DNA of 64,000 nucleotides from Hyaloraphidium curvatum SAG 235-1 (lineage: Eukaryota; Fungi; Monoblepharomycota): positions 248,001-312,000 of the forward strand of contig JAIVFI010000035.1 in assembly GCA_025558095.1 (NCBI GenBank), in the 5' to 3' direction. Made by a program: the position numbers and the translations under genes. The notes below the pieces were generated by a model, which did not search any database, was not told the DNA's origin, and saw only the letters and a program-made list of their open reading frames with translations. Below are positions 11,438-21,545 of this stretch, piece by piece. The stretch's first letter is position 1, and each line of letters begins with the position of its first letter.

Positions 11438-12289
11438 TCATTCCTTCCCGAAGATCAGCTCCTTCGCCACGGGATCGCCCTTTGCGCGGATCTCGGCCGC
11501 GTTCGTGATCTCGAACGTGAACCGCATCGGCCTCGCATCAATGTCCTCGCCCTCCATCTCCAGCCGCCCCATGAAGTAGTACGACCCCGGCGTCTGCCCC
11601 GCCTCGACCGGCCTCATGAACAGCACGACCTGGTCCGCGCGCTGCCGCAGCCGCGCGATGACGGGCGTGTCCTCGTCCATCCGGTCCGAGGCAAAGTAGT
11701 CGATCAGCACCCGGCCGCCGTCCCGCTGGAACTTGTTCTCGAAGGCGCCCTTGGATCCGTCCACGGGCACGTTGACGAAGAGCACGATCGCGTTGGTGAA
11801 CTCGGCAATCCCGGAGTATTTGTTGAACTTAATCGCAGGCCTCGAGGGACAAAGCGCACGGAAGCACGACTCTTTGTACGCCCCACGGCGAGGGACCTCG
11901 GCCCCAAGGCACGACAGGACGAGCGCATCGACGTCCGCGGGCAAGCTCTTCGACGAGAGCGGGTCCGGAGCCGCGGGCTCCTTGGCCGGCGCGGCCTTCT
12001 TCTTCCTCGCGGGTTCCCGCGGTTCCCTCGGCTCCGGCGGGTCCGAGTACGCGAGGATCGGGTCGTCCGAATCGTCCAGGCTCTTCTTGACGAGCCTAGT
12101 GCTCCAGCGCCGCGTGGGCTCGTTTTCCTCCTCGCTCGCCTGCTCGCGCCGGCGTTTCTTGGGCGCGGGGGAGGGGGCGGGGGACGGGGGTTCCGCCACG
12201 AGGGCGAGGCCGGCGTCGGCCAGGCCGAGGGTGCGGAGGACCTCCTGGTTCCGCCGGACGCGTGCGGCGCGCTGCTCTTCGTAGGACAT
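11438..12289 (-). CDS. Nuclear protein with N-terminal YEEQRAARVRRNQEVLRTLGL helix and C-terminal DUF3427/PUA-like domain
   Basis: NLS-like PKKRRRE. The C-terminal pattern IVLFVNV..FENKF..IDYFAS..VVLFMR..YYFMGRL..PMRFTFEI resembles DUF3427. Confidence 0.6.
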   Translation of the reverse strand: MSYEEQRAARVRRNQEVLRTLGLADAGLALVAEPPSPAPSPAPKKRRREQASEEENEPTRRWSTRLVKKSLDDSDDPILAYSDPPEPREPREPARKKKAAPAKEPAAPDPLSSKSLPADVDALVLSCLGAEVPRRGAYKESCFRALCPSRPAIKFNKYSGIAEFTNAIVLFVNVPVDGSKGAFENKFQRDGGRVLIDYFASDRMDEDTPVIARLRQRADQVVLFMRPVEAGQTPGSYYFMGRLEMEGEDIDARPMRFTFEITNAAEIRAKGDPVAKELIFGKE

Positions 12290-12407
12290 CGCGCCGCTGT
12301 CGAGGATCGGAAAAGGGGACGCGGGTTTCGACGATTGACGATCGTGAACACGACCATCTGCTGGTGCACTGCTTCCAAGTAGCACTAGCTGATGAGGCGG
12401 ATCGGTC

Positions 12408-12544
12408 TCAAATCCTGAGCGCTAGTGTATCCGATGCCACAACGGGCCTCAGCTTCCGGGCTCCTTGGGCTGTGGTGCCGATCCGCCTCGGTCTTCACAT
12501 CCTGAGCGCTACTGCATCGGATGCCGCCTCAGGCCTCAGCTTCC
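12408..12544. repeat. Imperfect 50-bp direct repeat, 87 bp period (12408-12457 and 12495-12544)
   Basis: On the minus strand the copies read KLRPEAASDAVALRM* and KLRPVVASDTLALRI*. Confidence 0.8.
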
Positions 12545-13361
12545 CGAAGCGAGCAAACCATCGCCAATCCAGCTTTCTTAGCGCCGCCTCGATGCTCCAC
12601 AGAACAAGTAGGTTGTTGTTGGGCTGTCGGAACATGCCCGCCGGCGGTTCCACGAATCCCAGCGACTTGTACAGGTTCGTGGCCTCGATGTTTGCGGCGC
12701 CCCCGGCGACATGAAGCACGACGTGCCGTTTGCCATCCCGCAAGTATGAGATAAGCAGGACCGCAACAAATAGGATGCGCGCGTAGCCCTTCCGATAGTG
12801 CGCCGGATGCGTCCCAATAAGTTCAACTTTAATCCACCCCTCATACGGGCTGGCTGAAACGGGTGCCGAGTTCCAGTCGAACGAATGCTCGAAAGTCACG
12901 CCCTGCTTGGACCGCACAACGAGCTCGAGCTGGCTTCCGTTCGGATCGGCCGGCATCTCCGATTCATGTTCAACGTCAGGTTCTCCGTCCAACGAGGAAT
13001 CTTCGATCATCCGTGGGCAATCGGCCACGGAACGGACCCATGACTCCAACTCCCCCCTGTCCAGATCGCGCCAGAAGACCAGCGCCACGATCGGGTGGCC
13101 GATTCGGGGCAGTGTCCGCGTCCGATCCCTCAGAGTCAGGAGGTGGAGCGAACCATCGTACGCGTCTTCTATGAAAGCGTCCCGAACCGCGTCCTCCAGA
13201 GACGGCAGGGGCAAGACCACATGGCCGGAACGGAACGCTATCCGTGCCGATTCGGGCGATTCAAGGCATAGCTCCAAGTCCTTGCCGACAGCGAATGCGG
13301 CTATCGCATTCGTCCATCGCCGAGCAATGGCTAGCCGTTCGTCGTTCTCGGAAGGTCCCAT
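12495..13361 (-). CDS. GNAT-family N-acetyltransferase
   Basis: Motif A IGTHPAHYRKGYARIL and motif B LHV...NIEATNLYKSLGF. Start at MGPSEND is inferred. Confidence 0.85.
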   Translation of the reverse strand: MGPSENDERLAIARRWTNAIAAFAVGKDLELCLESPESARIAFRSGHVVLPLPSLEDAVRDAFIEDAYDGSLHLLTLRDRTRTLPRIGHPIVALVFWRDLDRGELESWVRSVADCPRMIEDSSLDGEPDVEHESEMPADPNGSQLELVVRSKQGVTFEHSFDWNSAPVSASPYEGWIKVELIGTHPAHYRKGYARILFVAVLLISYLRDGKRHVVLHVAGGAANIEATNLYKSLGFVEPPAGMFRQPNNNLLVLWSIEAALRKLDWRWFARFGKLRPEAASDAVALRM

Positions 13362-13465
13362 CTCATCTGTCCGCGGGCCTGTTGCTGGCCCGTTGTTGTC
13401 CTTTGTTGACGACTCAGACGTAACTCCGCGCTTCCCCACTCACCCTACTTCCTCCTCGTCTCGAA

Positions 13466-16400
13466 ATGAAGCAGCGGCTCACGTCACTCGATGTCGCTGC
13501 TATCGTGCAGTCGCTTCGCCCGGTGCTCATCGGCTCGCGCTTGGTCAATGTCTACGACGGGCCGACGGCGAAAGTCTTCCTGCTGAAGTTCGGAAAGAGC
13601 GGCAAATCTGCGGAACAGGGACAGCGAAAGGCGGGCTCGGACGACGATGCAGACAGCGAGGACGAAGGGACCGGGTCGGAAGCGTCGAAGAGGTTCATCC
13701 TCGTCGAATCCGGGACGCGACTGCACACCGTCAGCGGGCGGACGCCCGCGGCACCGTCGCAACAGCCATCGGGTTTCGCCATGAAACTGAGGAAGCATCT
13801 TCGGAAGCGGCGCGTGACGGACATTTTCGTCCGGGGTTTCGACAGGACTGTTCAAATCCAATTCGGAGACGGGGCTGGCATCTGTAGGTCGAAACACTTG
13901 CCAAGGGAGGTCCAGAGCTGATACCGGATCCTCAAGGCCATCTCATCATTGAGCTCTATGCCGGTGGTAACATCATTCTTACCGAGTCCCCCGAACGGCG
14001 CATGCTGGCTTTGCTCAGGAGGGTCGATGTCGAATCCGAAGGCGGCGCCCGATACGCGGTCGGCGAACCTTACCCGGAGCATCTGGCACGGCAATTCAAC
14101 CCGGCAACTAAGGAATCTATTCTTGCTGCTCTTCGCGAGGGCCCCGTAGGCAAAGCCCAACGGAAGAAGAAGGACAGCAACGGCCTCAGAAGTGCCCTCC
14201 AAGCTGCATTTGCCGCAGAGTACACGCCTGCTTTGGTCGATCACGCGATCGTTCTTTCTGGTATCTCCGGCCAGCTCCCGTTGCCCCTGAACGACCCAAC
14301 GGCGATCGTCGGTCCCCTGTTGGAGGGCTTCGCAGAGGCCGCCAAGATCGTTGATGTGTGCCGCTCGGAGCCGAGCAAAGGATATGTCATTCTCCAGGAC
14401 ATTGGCGGCTTTGGCGACGCCGCCAACGCTACCTCGTCGGCAGCACAGGGAGACGGGAAGATGCTGGACTTCCACCCAGTCCGTCTCGCACAGCACATGC
14501 CTCCGTTCCTGCCCGAAGCATGTGTCGTGGAACATCCCACTTTCGACGCAGGTACTGAACATAGCAGTCATCGATTCTGTATTGGCACTGACCTCTCGTC
14601 CAACAAGCGCTCGAGGCCTACTTTTCGAAGGCGGACGTTCAAAAGGAAGAGGCACGCATTCGTCAGGCCGAGGTCGCGGCGATGCGGAAGCTGGATGGCT
14701 TGAGGTCCACCCATTCTTCGCAGTTGTCGGCGTTGGAACAGCAGCGGGAGACCAATTTCGCCATCGGATCCGCGATACTTGAGAATGCTGCGATCCTGGA
14801 TTCCCTTCTGGACTCTGTGAATCGATTGCTGGCCCAGGGCATGGACTGGAAGGATCTTGAGCGCACGGTCGAGGCCGAGAAGAGCCGCGGCAACCCCGTG
14901 GCGCTGCTCGTTCGGAAGTGGGCACTCGAGCGGGGCGAGATTACCGTTGGCCTTCCGGGCTCGGGTGCGGACCTTCCCTCAGAGAGCAGCGAGGACTCGC
15001 AATCTTCGGACACGGAGAGCGACGATGATGGTGCAATGGAAGGCAGCACTGCTGCATCGAAGCGGGGAAAGCCTGCGCGCGCTCCCCCGGCTGAGCTGGT
15101 GTTTGCGCTCTCATTGCATCTCACCGCGCACGCCAATGCCACGTCGTTCTTCTCGAGCGCACGGAACGCCACGGCCAAGCACTCGCGCGCCCTGGATTCT
15201 TCCACCGCTGCCCTCAAGAAAGCCGAAAAGCGCGTGGAAGAGGACCTTCAAACGGCGAAGAAGAAGGCCGTTGCCGCCATGGCCGCGGCCGTGCATCCGA
15301 AGCGCCCCGCCTTGTTCTTTGAAAAGTTCCACTGGTTCGTTTCCAGCGAGGACTACATCGTTCTGAGCGGCAAGGACGCCGCCCAGAATGAACTACTCCT
15401 CACCAAGCACCTGAAAACGGGCGACATGCTGGTGCATGCAGACGTACCTGGTGCCCCCATCACGGTGGTGAAGAACACGCGTGTTCCCGGGCCAGGCGAC
15501 GCAGAACCTGGCAGAATCCCTTTGCAGACGCTGCACGAGGCCGGCATCGCTTGTCTCATGCGGACTCCATCGGCTTGGACTTCAAAGCTGGTCGTGTCGG
15601 CCTTTGCTCTGGCGCCCAGCCAAGTGACCAAATCCGCAGTCGACGGAACCATCTTGCCAAACGGAGAGTACCGTGTCATCAAAGGGGGAAAGGAGTGGCT
15701 CCCTCCCTCGCAGGTTGCATTCGGTTTCGGCATTCTTTGGATGGTCGACGGAGATTCACACACGGGAGAGCGGCGGCCAGAACTCAAGGCCGCGGATGCC
15801 GTACCTCATTCGCCGCCTGGTCGTGACGTTGAGCCGGCTTCTCCCGGCGAGGAGGATTACGGTGGAGCTCCTCCTGAAAACAGTATCCGGACATCGGAAG
15901 CCGGAGCGGAGAGTGCCGAACCGGAAGCGTCCTCGGACTCGGCGTCGTCGGATTCTGAGTCGGATTTCGAGTTCCCCGACACGCACCTCGTTATTCCATC
16001 GGTGCCCCCTCCTGCGCCTCCGGAAAGCGGACGCAATGCAGACAGATACAACCTTTCTATGGTCGCGTCAAGCTCCGAACAGTCTGCGGTGCTGCAGTCC
16101 CTCCTGGCAGACGGAGAGCCCTCGAAAGGGAAGAAGCGGCTGTCGGCGAAAGAGCGCCGAGAGCTCAAGAAAGGCCCTTCGGCACCGACTTCTGATGGTG
16201 CCGAACCGGAACGCGATGACGGCAGTCCGACCATGGCGCAAAGCGGTGAGGGCCCCACCACCGCACCGCCGTCGAGATCGAGGAAGTCGAAGAAGCAGCT
16301 GCTAAAGGAATGGGAGGAGGAAGAACGAAGTGCGGCACGCAGCAAAGCGAGTCGCGGCTCGGTCAGCAAGGCTGCCGAAAGCGCATCTCAAGCAAAGGGC

Positions 16401-17147
16401 AAGGGTTCCAAAGGAAAGCAGGAGGAGAAGTTGGGAACCCGCCAGGCACCGCAGAAAGATCAGCTCGGCAAGAACAAAGCACGAACGGCGCCATTGGGTG
16501 GCACGCGCCTTGAACGGGTGCAGCGGGGCGAAAACGATGGACCAGGGCCGCAAGCTAGAGCAGATTCGCAAGAAGCGAAGGATGCGAACGGTGTCGAACG
16601 CAGCCTAGAGCGAGGCCACGACGAGCTTGTCGGAAGCCTCGGCACGGATGCAACGACCAGCGAGTCGCCGCAGCCTCCGGCGAAAGATGCGCGACCAGAG
16701 ACCGTGCCTGCAGCGGATGAACCGACGGTCGTGAAGGAGCACGGCAATCCAGACCGCGAGAGCGTGCCGGTTAGGGAGGCCGACTCGCGGGATGCAGCGC
16801 CGAGAACTTCGAGCAAAGCTCAGAGGAACGCGTACGAGTTCCTTGACCGCCTCACAGCCAACCCTTTGCCGGACGACGTCATCCTGCATGCGATCCCTGT
16901 GTGCGCTCCGTGGCCAGTAGTCCGCAATTGGACCTACCGCACGAAGCTCTTGCCCGGGCCGCTGAAGCGGGGCAAGGCGTTTGCGGCGGCAATCAAGATC
17001 ATGACGGCCATCGCGACGCGCCAGGAGGAACGTGAGGCACTCGATCGCATCGGCGAGGACGAGGGCGTAGCAGGCATGATGGCGTCGGTGAAGATCGTGG
17101 CTCCTGAGGGCGTTGCACGAAGCAAAGGGTCGAGCTCGAAACGTTGA
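13466..17147 (+). CDS. RQC2: Ribosome quality control subunit Rqc2/NEMF
   Basis: MKQRLTSLDV, PSGFAMKLRKHLR, FDRTVQIQFG, ELYAGGNII, FEKFHWFVSSEDY..GKDAAQNE and C-terminal AIPVCAPW...KLLPGPLKRGKA. At least 2 introns. Confidence 0.95.
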
Positions 17148-17242
17148 TCTGATGGTACCACAAATCGGACAATGAACTCTGATCAACAAAGCCGCCAGTA
17201 CATCACAAACTCGGTCCGCATCATACCACAGCCGCTTTGACT

Positions 17243-18475
17243 TCAAAGGGCCAGCACAAACTCCGTCCTTCCCACGTCCCGCTGCCCCGCCCAATCCAGA
17301 TCCCATCCGACGCCGAAGCGCTCGCCAAAGGGCAGGAAGAGAGGAATGGAGGAGGGGGTCGTGTAGATCGGTGCCAGGTCGACCATAAACTCGATCTCCT
17401 GGTCCCATGCTTCACGGGCCGGAGGAGAGAAAGGCAGCCCTTCGTCGGACCCCTGGCTTGCCCCGTCCGCGCCGCCTCCGACGTGCGTGGCCACGTTCAA
17501 ACCGGTCGCAGGAGCAGAGGGTCCCAAAGCAGATCTCGGATGGCTGTCATAGTAGACGAATCCGTTGTTGGGGATCACTATCGTCGACGGGCCCACATTG
17601 CGCACGACCTCGATCTCCCGGATTCGAACACGGCCTCGGGGACCAAAAGGCGCGGATGCGTCCAATCCCGGCGTGCCTGAAAAGATCTCGCCATCAATAC
17701 GCGTGATCGAAGGCGGCACGTCGCGGCGGTTCCCGGCAGGATAGATGATGAAGCCCTCGAAGGACCTCCCATCTTCGCGAAAGCGAGTGATAAGGAGGTC
17801 GCCCCGGTAGAAGCTGACTTCCGGAGCCGTGGCGCCAGGTAGCGGCTGATTCAGTGCCGCAGTGCCTGTCAGGCTCTGTGCGACAGCAGCCGAAGTGTCA
17901 AAGTCCGCCTCGACTAGCACGCCGACCTCCCATTGCTCAAAACACCCAGAGAACAGGAGCCTTCCGGGGAAAAGAGACCACAGCAGCGGGTCACGCTGGC
18001 GCGTGAGGCGAGGGAAGCTGTGCGCCGGCGTCTGCGCGGAGCGGCAGTCCGACAGCCCGAGAAGGACCCTCGCAAGCCTGTTCTCGAGCGCGAATCGGTA
18101 CCAAGAGATTGAACCCGCACGCTCACGGTCCTGTCTGTTGTTCGACGACAGAGAAAGGCGCTCGACTCCGTCCGCAGCACCAGCCGACGCGGGCACCCGT
18201 CGCGAGGACGCGACCGCGGAACGCCTGGGCGGCAGGACGACCGGTTCGGCGCCTTCGGGCAGACCAGTCGCTCGGGCCAACAGTCCTTTCCACAGAGAGT
18301 CCAATCTGGAGGCCCGGCACCAGTTCCTGCAGACAAGAGCCGCGACCGATAGGATCTGTTCTGGGGGAAGCTCCAGGAAGACGAGAGGCAAGATGTCCGA
18401 GCTGCTGAGCGGGTGGAGCTCTCTCTCCATGCTTCCTCGAGCCGCAAAGCCGCTCGGAACAATTTGGGCCGCCAT
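17243..18475 (-). CDS. F-box protein with unrecognised C-terminal region
   Basis: DILPLVFLELPPEQILSVAALVCRNWCRASRLDSLW. Start is 18475 or 18430. Confidence 0.8.
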   Translation of the reverse strand: MAAQIVPSGFAARGSMERELHPLSSSDILPLVFLELPPEQILSVAALVCRNWCRASRLDSLWKGLLARATGLPEGAEPVVLPPRRSAVASSRRVPASAGAADGVERLSLSSNNRQDRERAGSISWYRFALENRLARVLLGLSDCRSAQTPAHSFPRLTRQRDPLLWSLFPGRLLFSGCFEQWEVGVLVEADFDTSAAVAQSLTGTAALNQPLPGATAPEVSFYRGDLLITRFREDGRSFEGFIIYPAGNRRDVPPSITRIDGEIFSGTPGLDASAPFGPRGRVRIREIEVVRNVGPSTIVIPNNGFVYYDSHPRSALGPSAPATGLNVATHVGGGADGASQGSDEGLPFSPPAREAWDQEIEFMVDLAPIYTTPSSIPLFLPFGERFGVGWDLDWAGQRDVGRTEFVLAL

Positions 18476-18762
18476 GCGGCTTGAGCAAGCGCCGAACTGC
18501 TCAGCAGGGCGGGAGACGTTGCGTGGTGTTGCCTCAAACGGGTGTCCGTTCAAGTGAGCCGAAGATCGAACCGTCATTTCAATCGCAGTGAATTCACAAG
18601 GCTCGTATACGAGTTAGGTGGGACCGGGCACCTTCTCTGCCTTCGCAGCGCGTTCATTATTGACGAAATTGCCTCGCCCGGGCAGCATCGCAAGCGGCAA
18701 CCGGCCTTCTCGGGTGGATCTCCTTTTCTCTGCCCCACTACGAACCCGTCGACCCGCACACC

Positions 18763-19605
18763 ATGCCGGCCCAACGCGACTCCAATCTCCTTCTCCGCAA
18801 TGCCATGCTCGTTCTCCTTCTCCTCGCGCCCGTTGCGGTGTCCGCTGCGTCGTGTTCGTGGAGCGTGGACGCGCCGGCTGCAGTCGTCGGGGCCGGGAAA
18901 TGGACCAGCATCGCCTGGAACGTCAAAATCGGTAGTGGCGACCTCACAAAGCCGTGTCCTGAAACAATGACGATTCGCTTGATGGTCGGTCATGCTTCTG
19001 CCAAAGCCCCGCGTCGGGATCTTGCAGTCACCAGAACTGACCACCCGATCGCTTCCCGTTTCATCCAGGACGCGACGAAATCCATGTGGGTGCTGCTCTG
19101 CTCTCTACAGTCGATAGCGGTGATTGACGACCAGACTTTTCAGCATTGTCCCCGTGCTCGTAACCGAGCTTGCGACCGTCGACCTGCACTACCCCGGCTC
19201 GTCCGTCAGCGTTTGGATCCCCGACGGCATCGCCAGCTCGCACATGTACATCATCCAAATGGGCGATGATGTCTCGCGCACCTTCCGGTTCGTTTGACAG
19301 GCGATCGGAAGGAAACCATCTGATTTCAACGCAGGTACTCTTCTCCGTTCGCGATCGTCGCGCCGACCAAGACCACGAGCTCCGAAACGCAAGACGCATC
19401 ATTCATTAGCACGACGAGCAGCGCAATTGTGCAGAGGGTCTCAACCCCGGCGATCTCCGGCACCCTCGCCATGGCTCCGGCCATGTCGTCCACCCCCGGC
19501 GCTGACGCGCGGCTCGCCGCATCTGCTTCGGAAGCCGGGAAGAGCGCATGGACCAAGCAAGTCGCCATGCTCCTCGCGGCAGCGATACTCGCGGCGGTCT
19601 TCTGA
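18763..19605 (+). CDS. Secreted Ser/Thr-rich, probably GPI-anchored protein (Kre9/Knh1 N-terminal-like)
   Basis: Signal peptide MLVLLLLAPVAVSA, then SIAW...TIRLM, VWIPDG...YIIQM, YSSPFAI, an S/T stalk and hydrophobic end AMLLAAAILAAVF*. 3 introns inferred. Confidence 0.7.
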
Positions 19606-19957
19606 AGTAAGATCTGCGCCACCCGACGAGCTGTCAATTGACATGCCGCAGAGAACCCCCGCAGAGTCTCACGTAGAATGATATCGACACGAGACAATAG
19701 ACACGGACAGAGCGAAGAGTAATTCGCAGCTTCTGGACATGGACAGAGAGAACTCGCAGCGCGGAATCGGACGTTTAGATGTAGCTGATGAAGTATGATT
19801 GAATGCCCCCGGTTACATCATGAAATCCTCCCTTTGTCATGTCAGCTCGCCGCCATCTTCCTCCCATTCCCCATGTCAAGCTCGCCGCCATCCTCCACCC
19901 TTTGCACTAGATCGCTGATCGTCCGCGGAGTCCATCGCGGGCGATCATGAAAACCGC

Positions 19958-21082
19958 TCAGCAGCATCCACCCCTGGGCCCGCAAGCGCCACGGGGCCCG
20001 CAAGGCCCGCGAGCACCGCGAGGGCCGTATCCGCGGAACTGCGGGGGCGGGCCGAAGAGCATGTCGGCGAAGCCGAACGCAGGCGCGGGGCCGAAAAAGG
20101 CCGGCGGCGGGGGCGGAGCCGCGAAGAAGGGTCCGAAGGGGGCGAAGAAGGGCGGGGGGCCATGGCGGAAGCGCCTCTGACCGTGGTGGTGGTGAGGGCC
20201 GCGGCGGGGTGCCTCGCCGAGATCGTTGAACTCGTGGGCGGCGGCGGTCTTGTCGTCGCCGGCGGTCTTGTGGATCTCCTCGCGCTTGGGGAAGCAGGCC
20301 GAGCAGAGATCGTAGTCGGGGCATGTGGCGCACTTGTAGCGGTTGCCGGTGATCGGGGTGGTGTTGCAGCCGTCGCAGACGACCCCGAACCAAGGGCGAG
20401 CGCGGTGCTGGTGCTGGTGCTCGTGCTGCGGCGCCTCGGTGGCGGCCTCCACGGCCTTCTGCACTTCGGCAGCAACGGTGGTCGCGAGGTTGACGAAGGC
20501 GTTCACGATGTTGCCGAGCGGATCTTCGTCCTCGGAAGTCTGCTCGGCCGGCTGCTCCGTCTGCTGCTCGGCGGGCTGGTCCTCCGCGGTGTAGGCGGGC
20601 AGCACCTCGGGCTCATCAGTGTCCTTGACCTCGTGGGCCTCCTGCTCCTTGGTGGTCTCCGGGGCCGGCGCGGGCTCGGCGGGGGCCGCGGCCTCGCTGG
20701 CGGGCACGTCCACGGCGTCAACCTTGGCGGGCTCCTCGGGCGCGGGCTCCTCGGCAGCCGGGGGGGCCTCGGGCTCGGCGGCGGCCGGCACCTCGGGGTA
20801 GATCTTGGACCAGGCCGAGTCGGCGGCCTCCCCGACGACGATGTCGAAACGCAGCGTCTTGGGCGCCGCGGTGGCTAAGTCGCGCAGCTCCTCAGTCGAG
20901 GAAATGGAAATGTCGTCTCCGTCGTCGTCAGTGTAGCGCACCGTGAGACGCTGATCGTCCGGAACTCCGTAAAGAACGCGGAGGCGGGCCTCGACGCTTT
21001 CCCAGGTCGCCGCGGCCGTATCGACCGAGACGCGGCGAAGAACGCCGTTGAGCGAGGTCTTGATGGTGATGACGTTGGCCAT
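19958..21082 (-). CDS. PB1 plus ZZ zinc-finger protein (p62/NBR1-like adaptor)
   Basis: PB1: IKTSLNGVLRRV...YTDDDGDDISISSTEEL. ZZ: CDGC...GNRYKCATCPDYDLCSAC. Ends GGCC. Confidence 0.9.
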   Translation of the reverse strand: MANVITIKTSLNGVLRRVSVDTAAATWESVEARLRVLYGVPDDQRLTVRYTDDDGDDISISSTEELRDLATAAPKTLRFDIVVGEAADSAWSKIYPEVPAAAEPEAPPAAEEPAPEEPAKVDAVDVPASEAAAPAEPAPAPETTKEQEAHEVKDTDEPEVLPAYTAEDQPAEQQTEQPAEQTSEDEDPLGNIVNAFVNLATTVAAEVQKAVEAATEAPQHEHQHQHRARPWFGVVCDGCNTTPITGNRYKCATCPDYDLCSACFPKREEIHKTAGDDKTAAAHEFNDLGEAPRRGPHHHHGQRRFRHGPPPFFAPFGPFFAAPPPPPAFFGPAPAFGFADMLFGPPPQFRGYGPRGARGPCGPRGACGPRGGCC

Positions 21083-21545
21083 TGGCAGAGTTTCGGTGAT
21101 GAGAAGCAGGTGCGGGGAGGCAGATTCGGAGGCCCTTTTGTACCCCGCCCGCCGGAGACGTAAGCGCGCTTGCGTGTCCCAATCAGCGCTCACCAAACAG
21201 TCGACTGCGTTCGAAACGAATCCGCCAGCTTCGAAAAGATTCCACGGCGTGATGGCGGGCTGGCACGCCGCAGTTGCCTGCTGCTTGAATCCCGCGTTCA
21301 TGCAGCGTTGGGCCGAGAATGCCAGCCGGAGTGCTGCGGTTGGGACCGCGGGTGCGGTTGCATCGTTCCCATGGCGACCCCTGGAACCTCGCCGGCGCCG
21401 CAGAGAGCCTTCAGAATAGTCTATGTTCACTTCGGAAGAGATCCTAATCGGTTTGGACGCGCAAATGCTCGGCGGTCCCACTCCGTCCCCGAATCGGTAG
21501 CGGAACACCGCTGGGTGCATCGTCTCCGTCCCAAGTTTCCACCTT

